From Octopus bimaculoides (Eukaryota), in assembly GCF_001194135.2 (NCBI RefSeq), contig NC_068989.1, forward strand, positions 48,959,187-49,023,186: a DNA stretch of 64,000 nucleotides, in the 5' to 3' direction. Below the pieces are notes generated by a model that was not told where the DNA came from, made no database searches, and worked only from the letters and a program-made list of their open reading frames with translations. Shown here piece after piece: positions 38,450-52,560 of this stretch. The position numbers and the translations under genes were made by a program. Within the stretch, counting starts at the first letter, position 1, and every line of letters begins with the position of its first letter.

Positions 38450-39109
38450 GAAAGAAAGACAGAAACAGTAAACATATATTTAAAAGAAACTGGTATTTTT
38501 TCCTTTTTCTTAACATCAGCACTTTTTCAATGGAATAACAAATTACACACATAGATACACGATTATGCACACACAGAGACACACACACACATACATACAA
38601 ATATACATATATAATTTAAATTGGGAAAGAGAAGCTGAAACATAAGTACAGAAAGTCTTCATCCCTGTCTCACTCTCTCTCTCTCTTTCTTTCACTCTCT
38701 CTCATGTGTGTATGTATGCATGCATACATACATACATACAATCCCTGCTTCATTTCTTTTTCTCATTTTCAAACTGGAGCTATTTGATAGGAAATTCTCT
38801 CCATTTGTCAGGACTCAAAATTCTTGATGTGGAAAAACAAATTCTCAAAATTAATCAAACTGTGAGGTACAATTCAGGAAATTTCTCAACATCATTTTAT
38901 TATGGACCATACAGTATTTTATTCAATGTTTTCTTTGGCCATAAATACATGACATATTAATTAATCTCTCTCAGCCTTGCTAGCAGCATTTCATTCCAGC
39001 ATCTCATAAGACTAAGAATCAAGTTGAAATGTAAATTATCATACTATTGATTTTATTTTTGTAAACATTTGTAAAGAAGTGTTATAGTCAATTCTATCAA
39101 CTTCTCAAA

Positions 39110-39445
39110 TTTTATCTTTTATTTGTTTCAGTCATTGGACTGTGGGCATGCTGCAGTACCACCTTGAAGGGTTTTAGTTAAATGAATCGACTACAGTCCT
39201 TTCTTTTGTGGGACAACCAAGTTACAGCAATGTAAACAAACCAGCACTGGTTGTCATGCAGTGGAGGGGGACAGACACACACACATAACAGGCTTCTTTT
39301 AGTTTCTATCTACTAAATCCACTCACAAGGCTTTGATCATCCTAAGGCTCCAATGTAAACACTTTCCCGAAGTGCCATGCAGTGGGACTGAACCTTGACC
39401 TACATAGTTGAGAAGCAAACTTCTAACCACACAGCCACACCTGCA
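39110..39445 (-). mobile_element. Family B/C SINE
   Basis: Same bipartite layout. Confidence 0.7.
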
Positions 39446-41174
39446 CCCAGAAATGTAGTGGGGGAAAAAAGAAGAAAGATGCAAAGCTGAATTTGGCAAA
39501 AATTGAACTCAGAACAGAGACACAAAGCTAGATATGGAAAAGTTTTATTCCCTCCATATTTGTAACATTTTTGTTTTTTTTTAGTTATACCAAGTATTAA
39601 TTATAGAGACAAAAAAATAAAAGATATAGCAGAAACAGCTATAGAGCTAATATGAGTACAATTTCGTTTACAATTGATGTGTGAAACAGTGGGTAGCATA
39701 ACAGCAGTTATGTAAAAGTGTGTGTGTGTGTGTGTGTGTGTAAATTCACTATTGGCAGCGTCAGTCAGGGGTCACACTACTGGCTGATGTGTTAATGGCC
39801 TATATCTTATCAATAATGAAGTAATGTTAATGACATCATCACACCTGTGCTGCTTCAGTTCACTTAGCTGTGAATAGATAATCTGATTTTGTAAATGACT
39901 TCTAAATCATGATTGTATAGCTTTTAGAGGTCAGCGGTATTGGACGTCAGTTCATGCCAAAACTTCCACTGAAGAGGATATTTGTCTCTAAGATAACATT
40001 CCAAGAATATCTGGTGCATAAACTCAAGTTAGGTATACTGAGGTATGTACATTAATATATTTCCTTCATTCACTCACTCGTTCATGTAAAATAAAATGGT
40101 TAATGATAATCATTATCATTTTAATGTCCACATTTTCATGCTTGCATGGGTAAGATGAATTATCCAGAGGTAAATTTTCTAAACAAGGTAATATATACCC
40201 ATAGCTAGACATGTTTTCAAGGAAGGTGGCAAACACGACATGCTTGTGGCACCCATTTTCAGCTATGATGTTGAGTCAAGGAGACACAAACACATATGTA
40301 TTTCCACCATATATCATATATATATANNNNNNNNNNNNNNNNNNNNNNNNNNNNNNNNNNNNNNNNNNNNNNNNNNNNNNNNNNNNNNNNNNNNNNNNNN
40401 NNNNNNNNNNNNNNNNNNNNNNNNNNNNNNNNNNNNNNNNNNNNNNNNNNNNNNNNNNNNGTGTGTGTGTGTGAGTGTGTGCATGCGTGTGTGTATCCGG
40501 ATTCCTGCCTTTACCATGAACAGAAATTAATCTTCTCTCTTCACTCCTTTGCACCACATGGATTCAACTCACCTCCCCTCTTAATCTGACTCTCCCCCCT
40601 CTCCTCTCTTCATCTGACACCTACCTCTTCGCTTCACTCCTACCCACCTTCTCTCTTCATTGATATCCCCTCCATCCATCCCCATCCACACACAGCTCAC
40701 TTCAACATACCACACCCCTCCACCAACACCACTCCACACACACTAGCACCGACCACTTCTCAGCACCCATCCCACACACCATCATCTGCACGCACACATA
40801 CACCATCATCAACACACCCACACATTACAGATGCACACATTCACACATCAAAGTTACTAGCCCCTATCTACACACACTCACTCTCACATACACACACACG
40901 CATGCGCACCTTTTGGGGATTACCAGTACTTTATAATCTCTTCTTCTTCCTAGTTCTACTGTCAAACTATTTTTTCTCAACCAGTCACCATGACTAATCA
41001 CTAAATCCACAAGGTTTTTTTTTCTCTCTCAGTTTATTTCCTCTTATTCCTTTCTGTTGAAGAGCATAAGCATGAAACGTAAAAGACTTTCTCACTTTCC
41101 TGAGCGTTAAACTAATTCACCAACCTGTTGTTCATACACCAGTCTTCATCTTTTGCTTGTCTATAAATACAAGT

Positions 41175-41218
<44 letters not shown>

Positions 41219-41222
<4 letters not shown>

Positions 41223-41571
41223 ACATATGGTATAATTATAACAGGGCAAATTTTAGCCGTTTCTCTGTAGACTGAAAAACAATGAAGAACCTTAATTGAT
41301 TTTCCAATCTTATTGGGTTCTCATCAGAAGTGTCTACAACATTCTGACAGACTCCAGAGAAACAAGCAGCCAAATTGTTTATATATTCAATAAATGCAGC
41401 AGTTACTCTATGAAGGAATCCTAAATTTGCATACCGAAAGTGTTTAACACTCTATAATTACCAGCGGACTGTCAACGGGGATCTTAGTTCACACAACATC
41501 AAAGTATGATATAATAAATATGTAACATATAGTATAATTACAAATGGCAAATTTTAGCTATTTCTCTGTAG
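41219..41571 (-). mobile_element. Short PLE-like relic (pLTR-type unit) with ~51-bp terminal direct repeats, next to (TA)n
   Basis: TGTAACATAT.GTATAATTA...GGCAAATTTTAGC..TTTCTCTGTAG at 41219-41270 and 41521-41571; contains a hammerhead-like core. Confidence 0.55.
41289..41331 (-). ncRNA. Degenerate minimal hammerhead motif
   Basis: ACUU-CUGAUGA-GAACCCAAUAAGAUUG-GAAA-AUCAAU-UA-AGGU. Stem I is ACUU/AGGU; stem III looks like a CpG-decayed AUCGAU palindrome; the stem II closure is damaged. Confidence 0.5.
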
Positions 41572-43995
41572 ATATATATGTGAGTGCGTGTGTGTGTGTG
41601 TGTGTGTGTGTATACACATGCACAGATATATAATGGGCTTCTTTCAGTTTTCATCTTCCAGATTCATTCACAAAGATTTAGTCTTCCTGGGGCTATAGTA
41701 GAAGATGCTTGCCCAAGGTGTCATGCAGTAGGACTGGCCCCAAAGCCTCATGGTCATGCCTACACCTGATATTCGTAAACATGGTCAACTTCACAGATGC
41801 ACTTAAGTTACTCCAAGTAACATATAACCCTCAAAAGTTAAGACATTAAATTTGGGTTCTCCACACCCCAAGTCGAAGAAAGTGTTGTTTTTTTTTATAA
41901 TTGAATGGATTCAGATAACTTGATGATATATTTTTAAGTTCAACAAAATAAAATGGAAGGGTTAAAACTGGTGAGAATGAAATCCATAAAATGAAATAAT
42001 AAACCAAAAGGAAGTTCCCCCATTTACTGTTTCACTTGTTGGATACAACAGTAATAAAGTACATTTCTCAGTTTGTATCAGTGGGTTTCATTTGCATTTT
42101 CCAATTATATTGTTGGCAGACAATAAAGTAGTAGTTGCAATCACATGCAAATATTAAAATTCACAGAGCCATGTTTGGAATAGGAGAACTACATTTCAAA
42201 AAACAAAAACCAAAATAAGCTGATGAAAATGAAAACCTCATAATGGTGCCAGTGGCCATTTCTTGAAGAATCTTTTTTTTCTCTCCATTTTTAGCCAGTG
42301 TGAAGAGAACATAGAACATTTTATGATTCTGTGAGAATCTATCCTTCTGTTAGTTACTGACTATGGCTTGAAACAGCAAAACAATGCTCACACAAAATGC
42401 TTATATTTATTCATGAAACTAATAACTAATGTTTATGTCACCTGACTGAGTATTTTAGTGGGAAGCAATATCAGAATTATAGTTGTTTTTCCCCACCACC
42501 CTAGCATAAATGTTTCCCTTTTCAAAACAAATCTCTTTTCGCAAACCTAGCAGCAAATATTTCATGCAGCTTTTCATTGTTGGCACCAGTTTGCAGCGAA
42601 ACAGCCTTCTATTCTATATTTTTCTCTTTAATCATTGTCATTAAGTCTAATATCAACGGCAATGACAACAATAACAACTTCATTCAGCCTTCAAAATGTT
42701 CTCACCTGAGAGGGGATATGATGTATTAGGATTAATAATAAAAAAAAAAAAACACATCTAATTTTAAATATTCATTGCTGCAAGCAGCCAGAACTTTCCT
42801 TCTTTATAACTTCTACCTCTGTAGAAAAACTAGGCAATGACACACACACACACACACAAAAAGAAAAAGAAATCACAATAAAATCAGATATAATAAACAA
42901 GTAGAAGAGTAACATAGCAGTAATGTGAATAACAGACATATTAGGTAAGTAACAAGCTTCACATAATGAAGAAATACAGAAAACTTACATTTAACATTTT
43001 ATATATTTTTGTACAATTTTACATTTTACAATTTCAGAATTTGAGGAACATGATAGCTATCATTTCTACAATTGTTTTGCGTTTCTTGTGTTAGAAATAA
43101 ATAAGTATGCAAAGATTCAGTTGCATTGGGTTTTATTTTAATTTTAGTTTATATTTATAATTTTTTTTATTTTTTATATTGAACGTATTTGGTTTTAGAA
43201 CAACTTGGCAGAAAATTCTTCACCCAAACTACAGAACACTTCAGCTGTCATTAGAAACAACAAGCAACAAAATTTTAAAAAAATATATACATATATAAAA
43301 GACAAATATCAATAAAATTATAAATATATAAAAAAAAATAGCCACAAACAACTCTGTAAAGGTGAGAATGGATGGACACAACACCTGCAACTGCACACAC
43401 ACACCCACGCGTGCACACACGCACCCACGCGTGCACATACACACCCACGCGTGCACACACACACTCACAGAATTGTATTTTATATTCCAAAAAACTAGTC
43501 AACCACATCTTGTGAGCATGTCAAGTCCATAATGGATGTTAAAGAGGAGAAGGAATTTATTATTCTCAATACTATAAAATTTCTTATCTACTCTTGGTCA
43601 GAGAAGTATTAATTTTTGTTTTATATTTTATTTCATTTCGTTTGCTATTGCTAATGGAGCAGATTTTAATGTTCACATTGCAGCAAAGCTATGTGGAGTT
43701 ATTATTCTCAGCCACTTTTTTATGTTCTCCATATTTCTTTCTATAGGTCAACTCACCTTAGCTATAATAAACTGCAGCTAAATGTTTTATCATACATTTT
43801 TATATGTACAGTACCAGATTTCTTAGTTTCAATACATACATAGATTCATTCTGCATATTTCTAAGAAAAAAAGAAAAAAAGAAAAAACAACAAAAATTCC
43901 ATGTATGCACATATATCCAAAAAATTGTAGGGGCATATATACATTCACAACCATATGGTATTTAGGTATACAAAGCAACTGTTGCTTTTCTGCAC

Positions 43996-44026
<31 letters not shown>

Positions 44027-44831
44027 CACACATATATATATACATATGTGTGTGTATACAAGTATGTTTATGTGTGTACATATCAATTCTATAAGAAGAA
44101 TATATACTTGTGTACAGATTTTCAATTCTTACATAAAGGCTATGAATTCTTAAGCAACACTTCACACCATACATACAAAATTTCTCTCATACAAATAGAC
44201 ATATGTACACGCACACAAACCCCAGCTACAACACATATACACACACTCATACATACCTAGACACATATGCTAACAAACAAAAATTTCGATAGATAAGCCT
44301 CTTTATATACTTTAAAAGTTTAACTCCAAAACTAAAGTGAAATAATATAAACTGCCAAAAAATAGGATAAAAAAAAACTTAGAGAGATGAAAAATCACTG
44401 CAAGTTGAAGATGGCATTGCCTGAAAATTTGGAACTATATTCAAAGTGATCACTAGCATTAATTTCCTATTGTCTTATCAGTATTTGAAGATAACTAGTT
44501 CATCACATATATGCTGCGATATCTTAGCAGGAGGTTTCATACATTAGTTTCTTCATTTTTTGAATTTATATTTTCAACAGATAAAAAAAATCAAATCAAA
44601 TCAAATCAAATCCTACAGGTGTAGATGTGACTATGTGGTAAGAAGTTTGCTTCCCAGTCACACGATTCCGGGTTCAATTTTCCTTTGTTTGGCACCTTTG
44701 GTAAGGCTGACCAAAGTCTTGTGAGTGGATTTGGTAGGTGGAAACTGAAAAAAGCCTGTTGTGTGTGTGTGTGTGTGTGTGTCATCATTTAAGAGACATT
44801 AAATGATGACAAGGACATATGTATGTATCTA

Positions 44832-44878
<47 letters not shown>

Positions 44879-44961
44879 TCTCTCTCCTTCCTTTCCTGAG
44901 CGTCCGATAACACTATCCGTATCACGTCCTCACTTTGTTGTTTTTTGTGTTTTTTTGAACT

Positions 44962-44993
<32 letters not shown>

Positions 44994-45479
44994 AATGCAT
45001 GTATGTATGTACATATGTGAGTATGTATGTATCTAAGAGGGTGGGCTGAGAAGTTCATAGGCTGAGTATGATGCAGTGATACTGAGTGGGACTATAGTAC
45101 AGAGGGAACACCTTTAAGCTATTATAGGATGAAGAGCTTAAGTGTGAAAGAATAAGTCCAGAACAAGTTTCTTGTAGTAGAATAAATGTATGGCTGTCTT
45201 GCATTATACAAGAAAAGGTGGGGGCACTTGTGGTGGAGTGGTAAAGAGAGATGAAGTTGGTGGTTATTAGATGTCAGGGTGGATCCTGGGGACAAAAAAA
45301 AAAAGAACTGGGTAGTTGGGTAGGTGTATAGGGAGAGCACAAGATCATTAAAGATAAAGTGGAAGTGTGGGGTGCAAATATAATGAATGATAAACAAGGA
45401 TTGAAGAGTGATCAATCTATAACACCTTAGGCTGTTGGAGGTTATTTTGAAATATATGCATGTGCTAATGTGGTGAACG

Positions 45480-45810
45480 TACATGGCTCAGTGGTTAGAG
45501 TTTTGGGCTCACAATCACAAGTTAGTGAGTCCAATTCCCAGACCGGGCTGTGTGTTGTGTTTTTGAGCAAGACACTTTAATTCATGTTACTCTAGTTCAC
45601 TCAGCTGTAGAAATGAGTTGCAACATCACTGGTGCCAAGCTGTACCAGCCTTTGCCTTTCCCTTGGATAACATAGGTGGAGTGGAGAGGGGAAGCTGGTA
45701 TGCATGAGTGACTGCTGGTCTTCCATAAACAACCTTGCCTGAATTTGTGCCTTGGAGGGTAACTTTCTCGGTGCAATCCCATGGTCATTCATGAGTGAGA
45801 GGGCCTTTAG
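45480..45810 (+). mobile_element. tRNA-headed SINE (family E), full length
   Basis: ACATGGCTCAGTGGTTAGAG A-box, GAGTCCAATTCC B-box-like, and TTGAGCAAGACACTTT. Confidence 0.8.
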
Positions 45811-45984
45811 CTTTTAATGTGTATTAGAGTACATGCATGTCTGCATAAATTTATATCAAACTAAATGTGAGGATCAGTATGATATGTAAAAATGAGTAAT
45901 TGAATTCAAGAATTATACAGCTACATGCAAGAGATAAATGCAGCTCATGTCAAAGATGAGTGGAATAGAGGAGGACCTGAGATC

Positions 45985-46510
45985 CAGGATCGGTAAAGTC
46001 TGCTATGCTTTCAAGTCTTTGACCAGTCTGGAAATTTAACACTATCTCCCTTAAAACAAAATTTCTCATCTTCAATTCCAACACCAAGCCTGGGCTGTTC
46101 TTTAAAAGTCAGAAAACTTGGAGGGTCACCAAAGCCATAAAGAGTAAGCTTCAGACATTTGTCAACAAATGTCTGTGCTACATCCTCCGGAAAAAAATTT
46201 CTAATGTAAGTCTGTGGGATCAAATAAACCAAACTGCTATCAATCAAGAAATTCTGAAGAGGAAATGAAACTGAATTGGTTAAACGCTAAGAAGACCTCC
46301 AAGCGGCATTGCAAGACAAGTGTTAGACTGGAAACCTGAAGAAAAGAGGAAAGCTGGACGACCTAATAAGACCTGGAATGGATGCATGGAAGATGAAGCA
46401 AAAGCAACCAGTCTCTTTTTGTCTGAAATCAAGGAAGTAGCCCAAGATTGCATCCACTAGCATGAAATGATTACAGCCCTATGTTCCTTATGGAGTAACG
46501 TGAACTAAAC
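45985..46510 (+). mobile_element. 5'-truncated RTE-clade LINE (ORF2 C-terminus)
   Basis: KTKFLIFNSNTK...KLQTFVNKCL...IG*TLRRPPSGIARQVLDWKPEEKRKAGRPNKTW...MITALC. Confidence 0.8.
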
Positions 46511-46608
46511 AATGCAGGAGATGAATGTGTGGGGGTTGTTTTCATAAGTAATACTCTCCCTATGTATTAATTTGTAACATGTTCCTGAAATTATGTCATG
46601 ACTATAAA

Positions 46609-46868
46609 CAGAGCTGTCTTAGCAACATCATAGGCCCCTGGGAAAATCAATGCACTGGATCCAATAATATAGATTGATTGACAGTAAGCCACAACATATG
46701 TAGATTACAACTGGACCCATGAGCCACCGCTCCTTGAGCCAATCACAGTAGTGGGCTCTGTAGTATTTATTAACAGCAAAACACAGCATACATAAATCAG
46801 GATTGGGCCCAAAAACTCGTGGGGCCCCCAAGGAAACTGCCTAGTATGCACATGCTCTAAGATGGCAT
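46609..46868. mobile_element. Degenerate hAT-like MITE
   Basis: Imperfect TIRs GCTGTCTTAG / CTAAGATGGC and subterminal GGGCCCC motifs. Confidence 0.4.
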
Positions 46869-47450
46869 ACAAATATTATGTTCTTATAGTCATGTCATAC
46901 CTTGTTCAAGCTTGTTTTTCTGGATATACAAAATGAGGATTACAAGTTTTTGAAATAAATTTTAGAACTGACAGACACTTGCCAAAGAGAAATGAAACTT
47001 TGAAATGGCAATAATAACTCTAAAAGTGAGGCAAAATATAAATTATGCCAAATAAACCAAGTTTCAGGGAATACCAAGAAAAACGGAGAAGGAAAGGGAC
47101 ATACTAGCGCATGTTTGGTAAAAATAACAGTGTATATTAAATAAATCTAGGTATGGTTGAATGGTTAAAAAGTATACTTCACCATTAAGAGGTCCCAGAT
47201 TCTACTCCACTTAATGACAACTTGTGCCAGTGTTTTTAACCCATAACCTCACACTGACTCAAGCCTTACAAATGAAACTAGGGTAAATGGAATCAACATG
47301 GAAGGCTACCTGTAATTCAAATTTCTGGTCTCATCACATTCATGTCAGGCTGAACCAGGTCCAGAGTTACATGAAAGACACATGTCTGGGAGATACCCCA
47401 TTATTCACATATTAATTTAGTGAGAAGGTAATTCAATAAAATGAACAACC

Positions 47451-47678
47451 TAACCCTTTAGTATTCAGATAACTCTTACAAATCTAATACTTATTTATTC
47501 ACATTGTTTTGAATTAATCATGCATTATTGTGAAGCAATAAAATTTCACTGCTGTGATTCTTTATTTCTTTAAATGACATTGTAGATTAGATGCGAGAGG
47601 CCAGATCTGGTAGGTCTGAACATAGAACAGGTAGACTATTTGGGCCAGATATGGCTGGCTGAAATACTAAAGAGATAA
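47451..47678. mobile_element. piggyBac-like MITE
   Basis: Ends TAACCCTTTAG ... CTAAAGAGATAA (degenerate CTAAAGGGTTAA); a second copy lies at 9810. Confidence 0.55.
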
Positions 47679-48744
47679 AGTTCATAATGGAGATGATGCA
47701 TCATTATGTCTGGTAAAGCTTTACAGGTAGCAGATGCTTTTTCTTACACCAGCCAGCAGCTTACTGAGACATGGTGTAAGAGTCTGAGTAATGTACAGTG
47801 ATTGATAACACTTTATGCCAAATTGTAGTTACTTTCACATTATTTCAACAGTGCAAAATGAAATGGGAAAGACAAGGAGAAATGTGCACAAAGTCCCTCA
47901 CTGGACTCCAACTAGGGATCTTTAAGTCACTTATTACCCTTTTGTTTAGATAAGAAAGTTCTTATTAAAAACCTAACCTGGAATTATAAACTAGCTGAAG
48001 AACTTGATGAGAATCAGGGATATTACTGATAGCAGTGTAAAACTGATATAAATATTTAAATAAACAGCCAAAAGAAGGGGATAAAAAAAAAATCAATGTA
48101 AATAGTTTAAAAATTCAGAATCTTACTCATAAGAATTTGTCTGAGGTGCTTAGATATTTAAGAAATTGTGATATACATGCATTTCTCAAAGACATTAGCT
48201 ATGAAACTCCAATAAAATGTTTTGGAAAATGCTTGTGGGTTACATTCTTGGAGAACTTCTCTTTACTTTTCAGAATTCAAATGTTAGCAACAGCAATAAC
48301 AATAAAAATAACTTCATCTTTGACAGAAAAGGTTATCATTTTTCATTCCATAATGAATTGTTTTCCAATCAGAATATAATTTATCATCATTAGTTATTTT
48401 GTGTCAATTTTTTTCCCCCTCATTTTGCCAAGATTTTGATAGGTATACATAGATAAACATATCAAAATAGTGATTCATTTTTGAATAGGCACGGAGCCAA
48501 GTTTTATAGAAGCAGGCTAAAGTTAATTGAAAAGAAACCAGCATATAACTAGCAATTATACTGTATGGCAGTAAAGCAAGATGAAAAGTAAAATCAACAA
48601 TGTCAATGTGGCAACATTTGAACTAAAAACAATGAAGTAAGTTCTAAAGTAAATTTAGTCTTGTATTGAAACTAGCATTGTGCTACCTCAGCATTGTTAA
48701 CACATTCTAACGTTTAAAAAAAATCTTAATATTTATTACAAGTA

Positions 48745-49190
48745 AAGGCAGCAAGCTGACAGAATAGTTAACACATGGGACAAAATGCTTAGCAGCATTT
48801 CATCCATGTTTATGTTCTGAGTTCAAATTCTGCTGAGACCAACTTTGCCTTTTATCCTTTCAAGGTCAATAAAATATGTACCTGTTGAACACTGGGTTTG
48901 GCATAATAGGCTTTACCCACTGCCTTGAAACTGCTGGTTTTGTGCCAAAATTTCAAATCAATATTTATAACAAGTAAGGTGGTGAGCAGGCAGAATTATT
49001 ACCAAGCCCAGTCAAATGCTTAGCAACATTACATCTATCTTTATGTTCTGGAGTTCAAATTCCACTGAGGCAGACTTTGCCTTTAATCCTTTTGGGGTTA
49101 ATAAAATAGGTACCAGTTGAGCATTGGGATTGATGTAATCAAGTCAGCCCCCCCCCTCTCAAAATTGCTGGCCTTGAGTCAAAATTTGAG
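48745..49190 (+). mobile_element. Two head-to-tail family-A SINEs
   Basis: Both are preceded by ATATTTAT..CAAGTAA.G and carry the family-A blocks. Confidence 0.75.
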
Positions 49191-50479
49191 ATTAATATTT
49201 ATAACAAGTTACAGAGATTAGGAATTAACATGTTTTGCAAATGATATTTAAACCCACCAACTACAACTGTTGATGGGATCCATATTCAATTATATCCAGT
49301 TAGAATTGTACTATCTTCAAGGAACAGTGGAACTTGTGAAACTGCATACAGCTTTACATACACACATCATATGTATAACCTAAAATACTGTAAATAAGTC
49401 TAACAACAGAATCTTTGTCATTGCAGTCAAGATCAAAAACTGCTGTCTAATGAATTTGTATTCAAAGCTATATTGTGATAAATCCTTTTAAAATTGATGC
49501 TTGTTGCTCTAAGTGAAATAGAACTGATCCATTAAAAAACACACACTTACATACGCACAAATATGGTTATATACATTTATTTAAACTTACACAAATAAAT
49601 ATATATCCTTACATTATGTACATATACATATACACACGCACAAACACACATATATATACATATACACATAGATGTGTGTGTGTATACATACACACACATA
49701 CAAATTCACACATATACCTACACACGCTACAACTCTTATATTAATGATGCACACACACACACACACACATTCACACATATACTTACATGCACACTCTACA
49801 ATGCCTCTTATATTAGTGACACACCCACTAATATATAACTCCCATATAGAGAAATTTTGCCAGAACATGCATTGAATATGCATATTTAAAACTGGTGACA
49901 TTACATACACATCTGAACTGAAAGCTCAGTATTTTCCTCATGAAAATGAAGATTAATGTTATCTCCTTAACCCCCCCCCCCCTTTTTTTTTAGATCTGAC
50001 ATATATATTTATATATATAACAGTTCTTTTAAGAATCATCACATTCACATACATTTACAAAGCAAATACTAAAATATGACATTTGTTAAGGATGCTTATT
50101 AATACTATTCAATTCATTTCAGTTTTTTATTTACAATTTTCTTAATCTACACTATAAGAATTCCATGCCATTTGTCTTAATTTCAAATGCCTCCACATAT
50201 TTTCTATGGTTCTTCATCTATATTCTTTTAAGAACCACTTTCAATAACAGAACCACAACACCAGTTTAATATCTGTTCCAATTTGTGATTATTGTGCAAA
50301 AATGTAACCTTTTCTTTACACTACCATATTCACACACACCCTCCTCTGAGGGCACATGCTCTAAACACACAGAGGTAAATTTAAAAGCATTTGTCATGTG
50401 ACCTCTTTTGAAAATTCATATAAAAGTTTGCATCAAAATATTCTTCTGTTAGATCTGTCAAGCCAAGTAAGATTGTAAT

Positions 50480-50688
50480 TGTGGCCAATGCTGGTGTCAT
50501 GTAATTGGCACCCATGCTGTTGGCATGTAAAAAGCACCCACTATATTCTTGGAGTGGTTGGCGTTAGCAAGGGTATCCAGCCATAGAAACCATACCAAAT
50601 CAGATTGGAACCTGGTGCAGCTCCCTGGTTTACCAGTTCTCAGTCAAACCATCCAACCTATGCCAGCATGGAAAACGGACATTAAATG

Positions 50689-50725
<37 letters not shown>
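50480..50725 (+). mobile_element. Family-D repeat with (ATT)n tail
   Basis: AAAAGCACCCACTA...GAGTGGTTGGCGTTAG...CCAGCATGGAAAACGGACATTAAATGAT. Confidence 0.75.
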
Positions 50726-50728
<3 letters not shown>

Positions 50729-51019
50729 CATTTCATTCCTATCAGAATTGAAAATTTTATTTTTTGTGAGGTAAAAATAAAACATTATTTATTCAAGAAG
50801 TGTCAATGGTGTCCACTTTCAGCAGCCCTCAGCCTTTTTAAGTATAAATGATGCACAAGGAAACCCTCAAAGTTGCTACAAATAGTGGGTCCCATTATCC
50901 CATGATAGCTTTGCATACATAATATTACCAAAAATAATCATAAAAACTAAGTTCTTCTTTGCAGTCAGAAACAAATACAATTTTAATCAGTTGCTGAATA
51001 CAAAGTTCTGATAAAAACA

Positions 51020-51360
51020 TATGTTTAATGGGGAGCTGAGTGATATAAACATGCATTTAATGGGCTGATAAGTGATAGGAACACATGTTTAATGGGCTAA
51101 AAAGAATGGTATAAACTCATTTAATGGTCTACAAAGTGATATTAGTATGTATTTAATGGGCTGAGAAGTGGTACAATTACATGTTGAATGGTCTGCAAAG
51201 TTATATAAACATATATTTAATGGGCTGAGAAGTGATATGACCATACTTTTAAAAGGCTGTGAGGTGGTATATACATACACTTAATGACTTAGAGTGCTAT
51301 GATCATATATTTAATAGCTGTAAAGTGACACCATCATGTGTTTAATGAGCTGAGAAGTCA
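51020..51360. repeat. Minisatellite, ~31-32 bp unit, ~11 diverged copies
   Basis: Approximate consensus TTTAATGGGCTGAGAAGTGATATAAACATGTA. Confidence 0.85.
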
Positions 51361-52304
51361 GTCCCTAACCCATCTAACCAACGCACTTACCTCTCCCAAA
51401 ATTTAATATAATTCACTACATGCTACAAATAGTATTAAAATTGTCACTAATTTAAAGTTTGGATGTTCTAATGACGATGTTAAATTACTATGCTTAGAAA
51501 GTACAAACTACATTCAGATATAATGATTTATTTACTTATTTAATTAATTAATTATTCATTCATTTATCTTTTGCACTTAAATGAAAATATCTGTGATACA
51601 ATAACTGCAGGCTTGTTCTCTTGCAAGAGTTCTAATAAAAAGCAACACCCTTCAAATAGAAACAGTGAAGATGCGAGGGCAAGCTTGTTTTTTTTTAAAA
51701 AAGAAAAAAAAAGAAAAAACAAGATGAAAGAAGAAAAAGTGACAAGAGAGAAGGAAGAGGAAAAATAATAATAGAAGAGGACAACGATAAATATCATAAA
51801 CATAAAGAAGCAACCTTGTTTTTTTTTTAAGTGAATCATAGAAAATGGAGAAGTTAATTGTATTATGAGTGTGGGTGTATTTGTGTGGGCTAGAACAGGT
51901 GTGTGTGTGTGTATGTGCATGTACAAATGTGTTTACATGTTCTTTTGTTTATGGATATTTAATTACAGGATGTAACAGAATAGTTTACTCTAAAATTAAT
52001 GGTTTCCTTATACTGACTCAAAGCTGTAAATTAATAAATTATGAACCGACATAGATGAATGGTTCTTAGTTCAATGACACCCAGATTAGAAAAATAAAAA
52101 GTAAAAACTTAACCAGACTTGAACTCTATATACTTTACAGCAAAAATAAAATAAAATGCCAACTCTGGAGGTAAAAAAAGCCAAAATTGACCTTGGTAGG
52201 AAGACAGCAGGATTTGAACTTGGAATGTAATAAGCCAGAAGAAATACTGCAAGGCCTTTGTTTCAATGCTCTAATGATTCTCATCTTGTCTCAACTCATC
52301 TTTT

Positions 52305-52560
52305 TTGCCTATTTATTCTTGAGAGGCTCATGGGGACAAAATCCTTAAGCACATCTTTCAGATGGTCTTGTTAGAAGAAATCATCTTCAAATGACTCAGC
52401 TAAATCTCGAAACAAGACCAGCTGAGTGCATGGATGTTTATCCAACCATCTTGTTTGTGGTCTATTCCTGGGTCTTCTGTTGGTTGGTGTTTGCCTGTAA
52501 AACCTGTCTAGTAATTCTTTCCTGAGACATTCTTAAATGTCTGTAGTATTGGAGCTAGTA
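52305..52560 (-). mobile_element. LINE 3'-end fragment (RTE-like)
   Basis: RMSQERITRQVLQ...RRPRNRPQTRWLD...LSWS remnants with frameshifts. Confidence 0.6.

Noticed and set aside
36344-38600. 200-317 aa ORFs in the track
   Set aside because: They consist almost entirely of X from N gaps; the same applies at 24.1-24.4 and 40.2-40.6 kb.
41040-41095. CTGTTGAAGAGCATAAGCATGAAACGT hammerhead-like string
   Set aside because: The core deviates, and stems I and III could not be paired.
45480-45560. tRNA-like sequences with A and B boxes
   Set aside because: They are SINE heads continuous with repeat bodies, with no full cloverleaf.
51020-51360. CRISPR-like periodicity
   Set aside because: There are no unique spacers or invariant repeats, and the context is eukaryotic with no cas genes.
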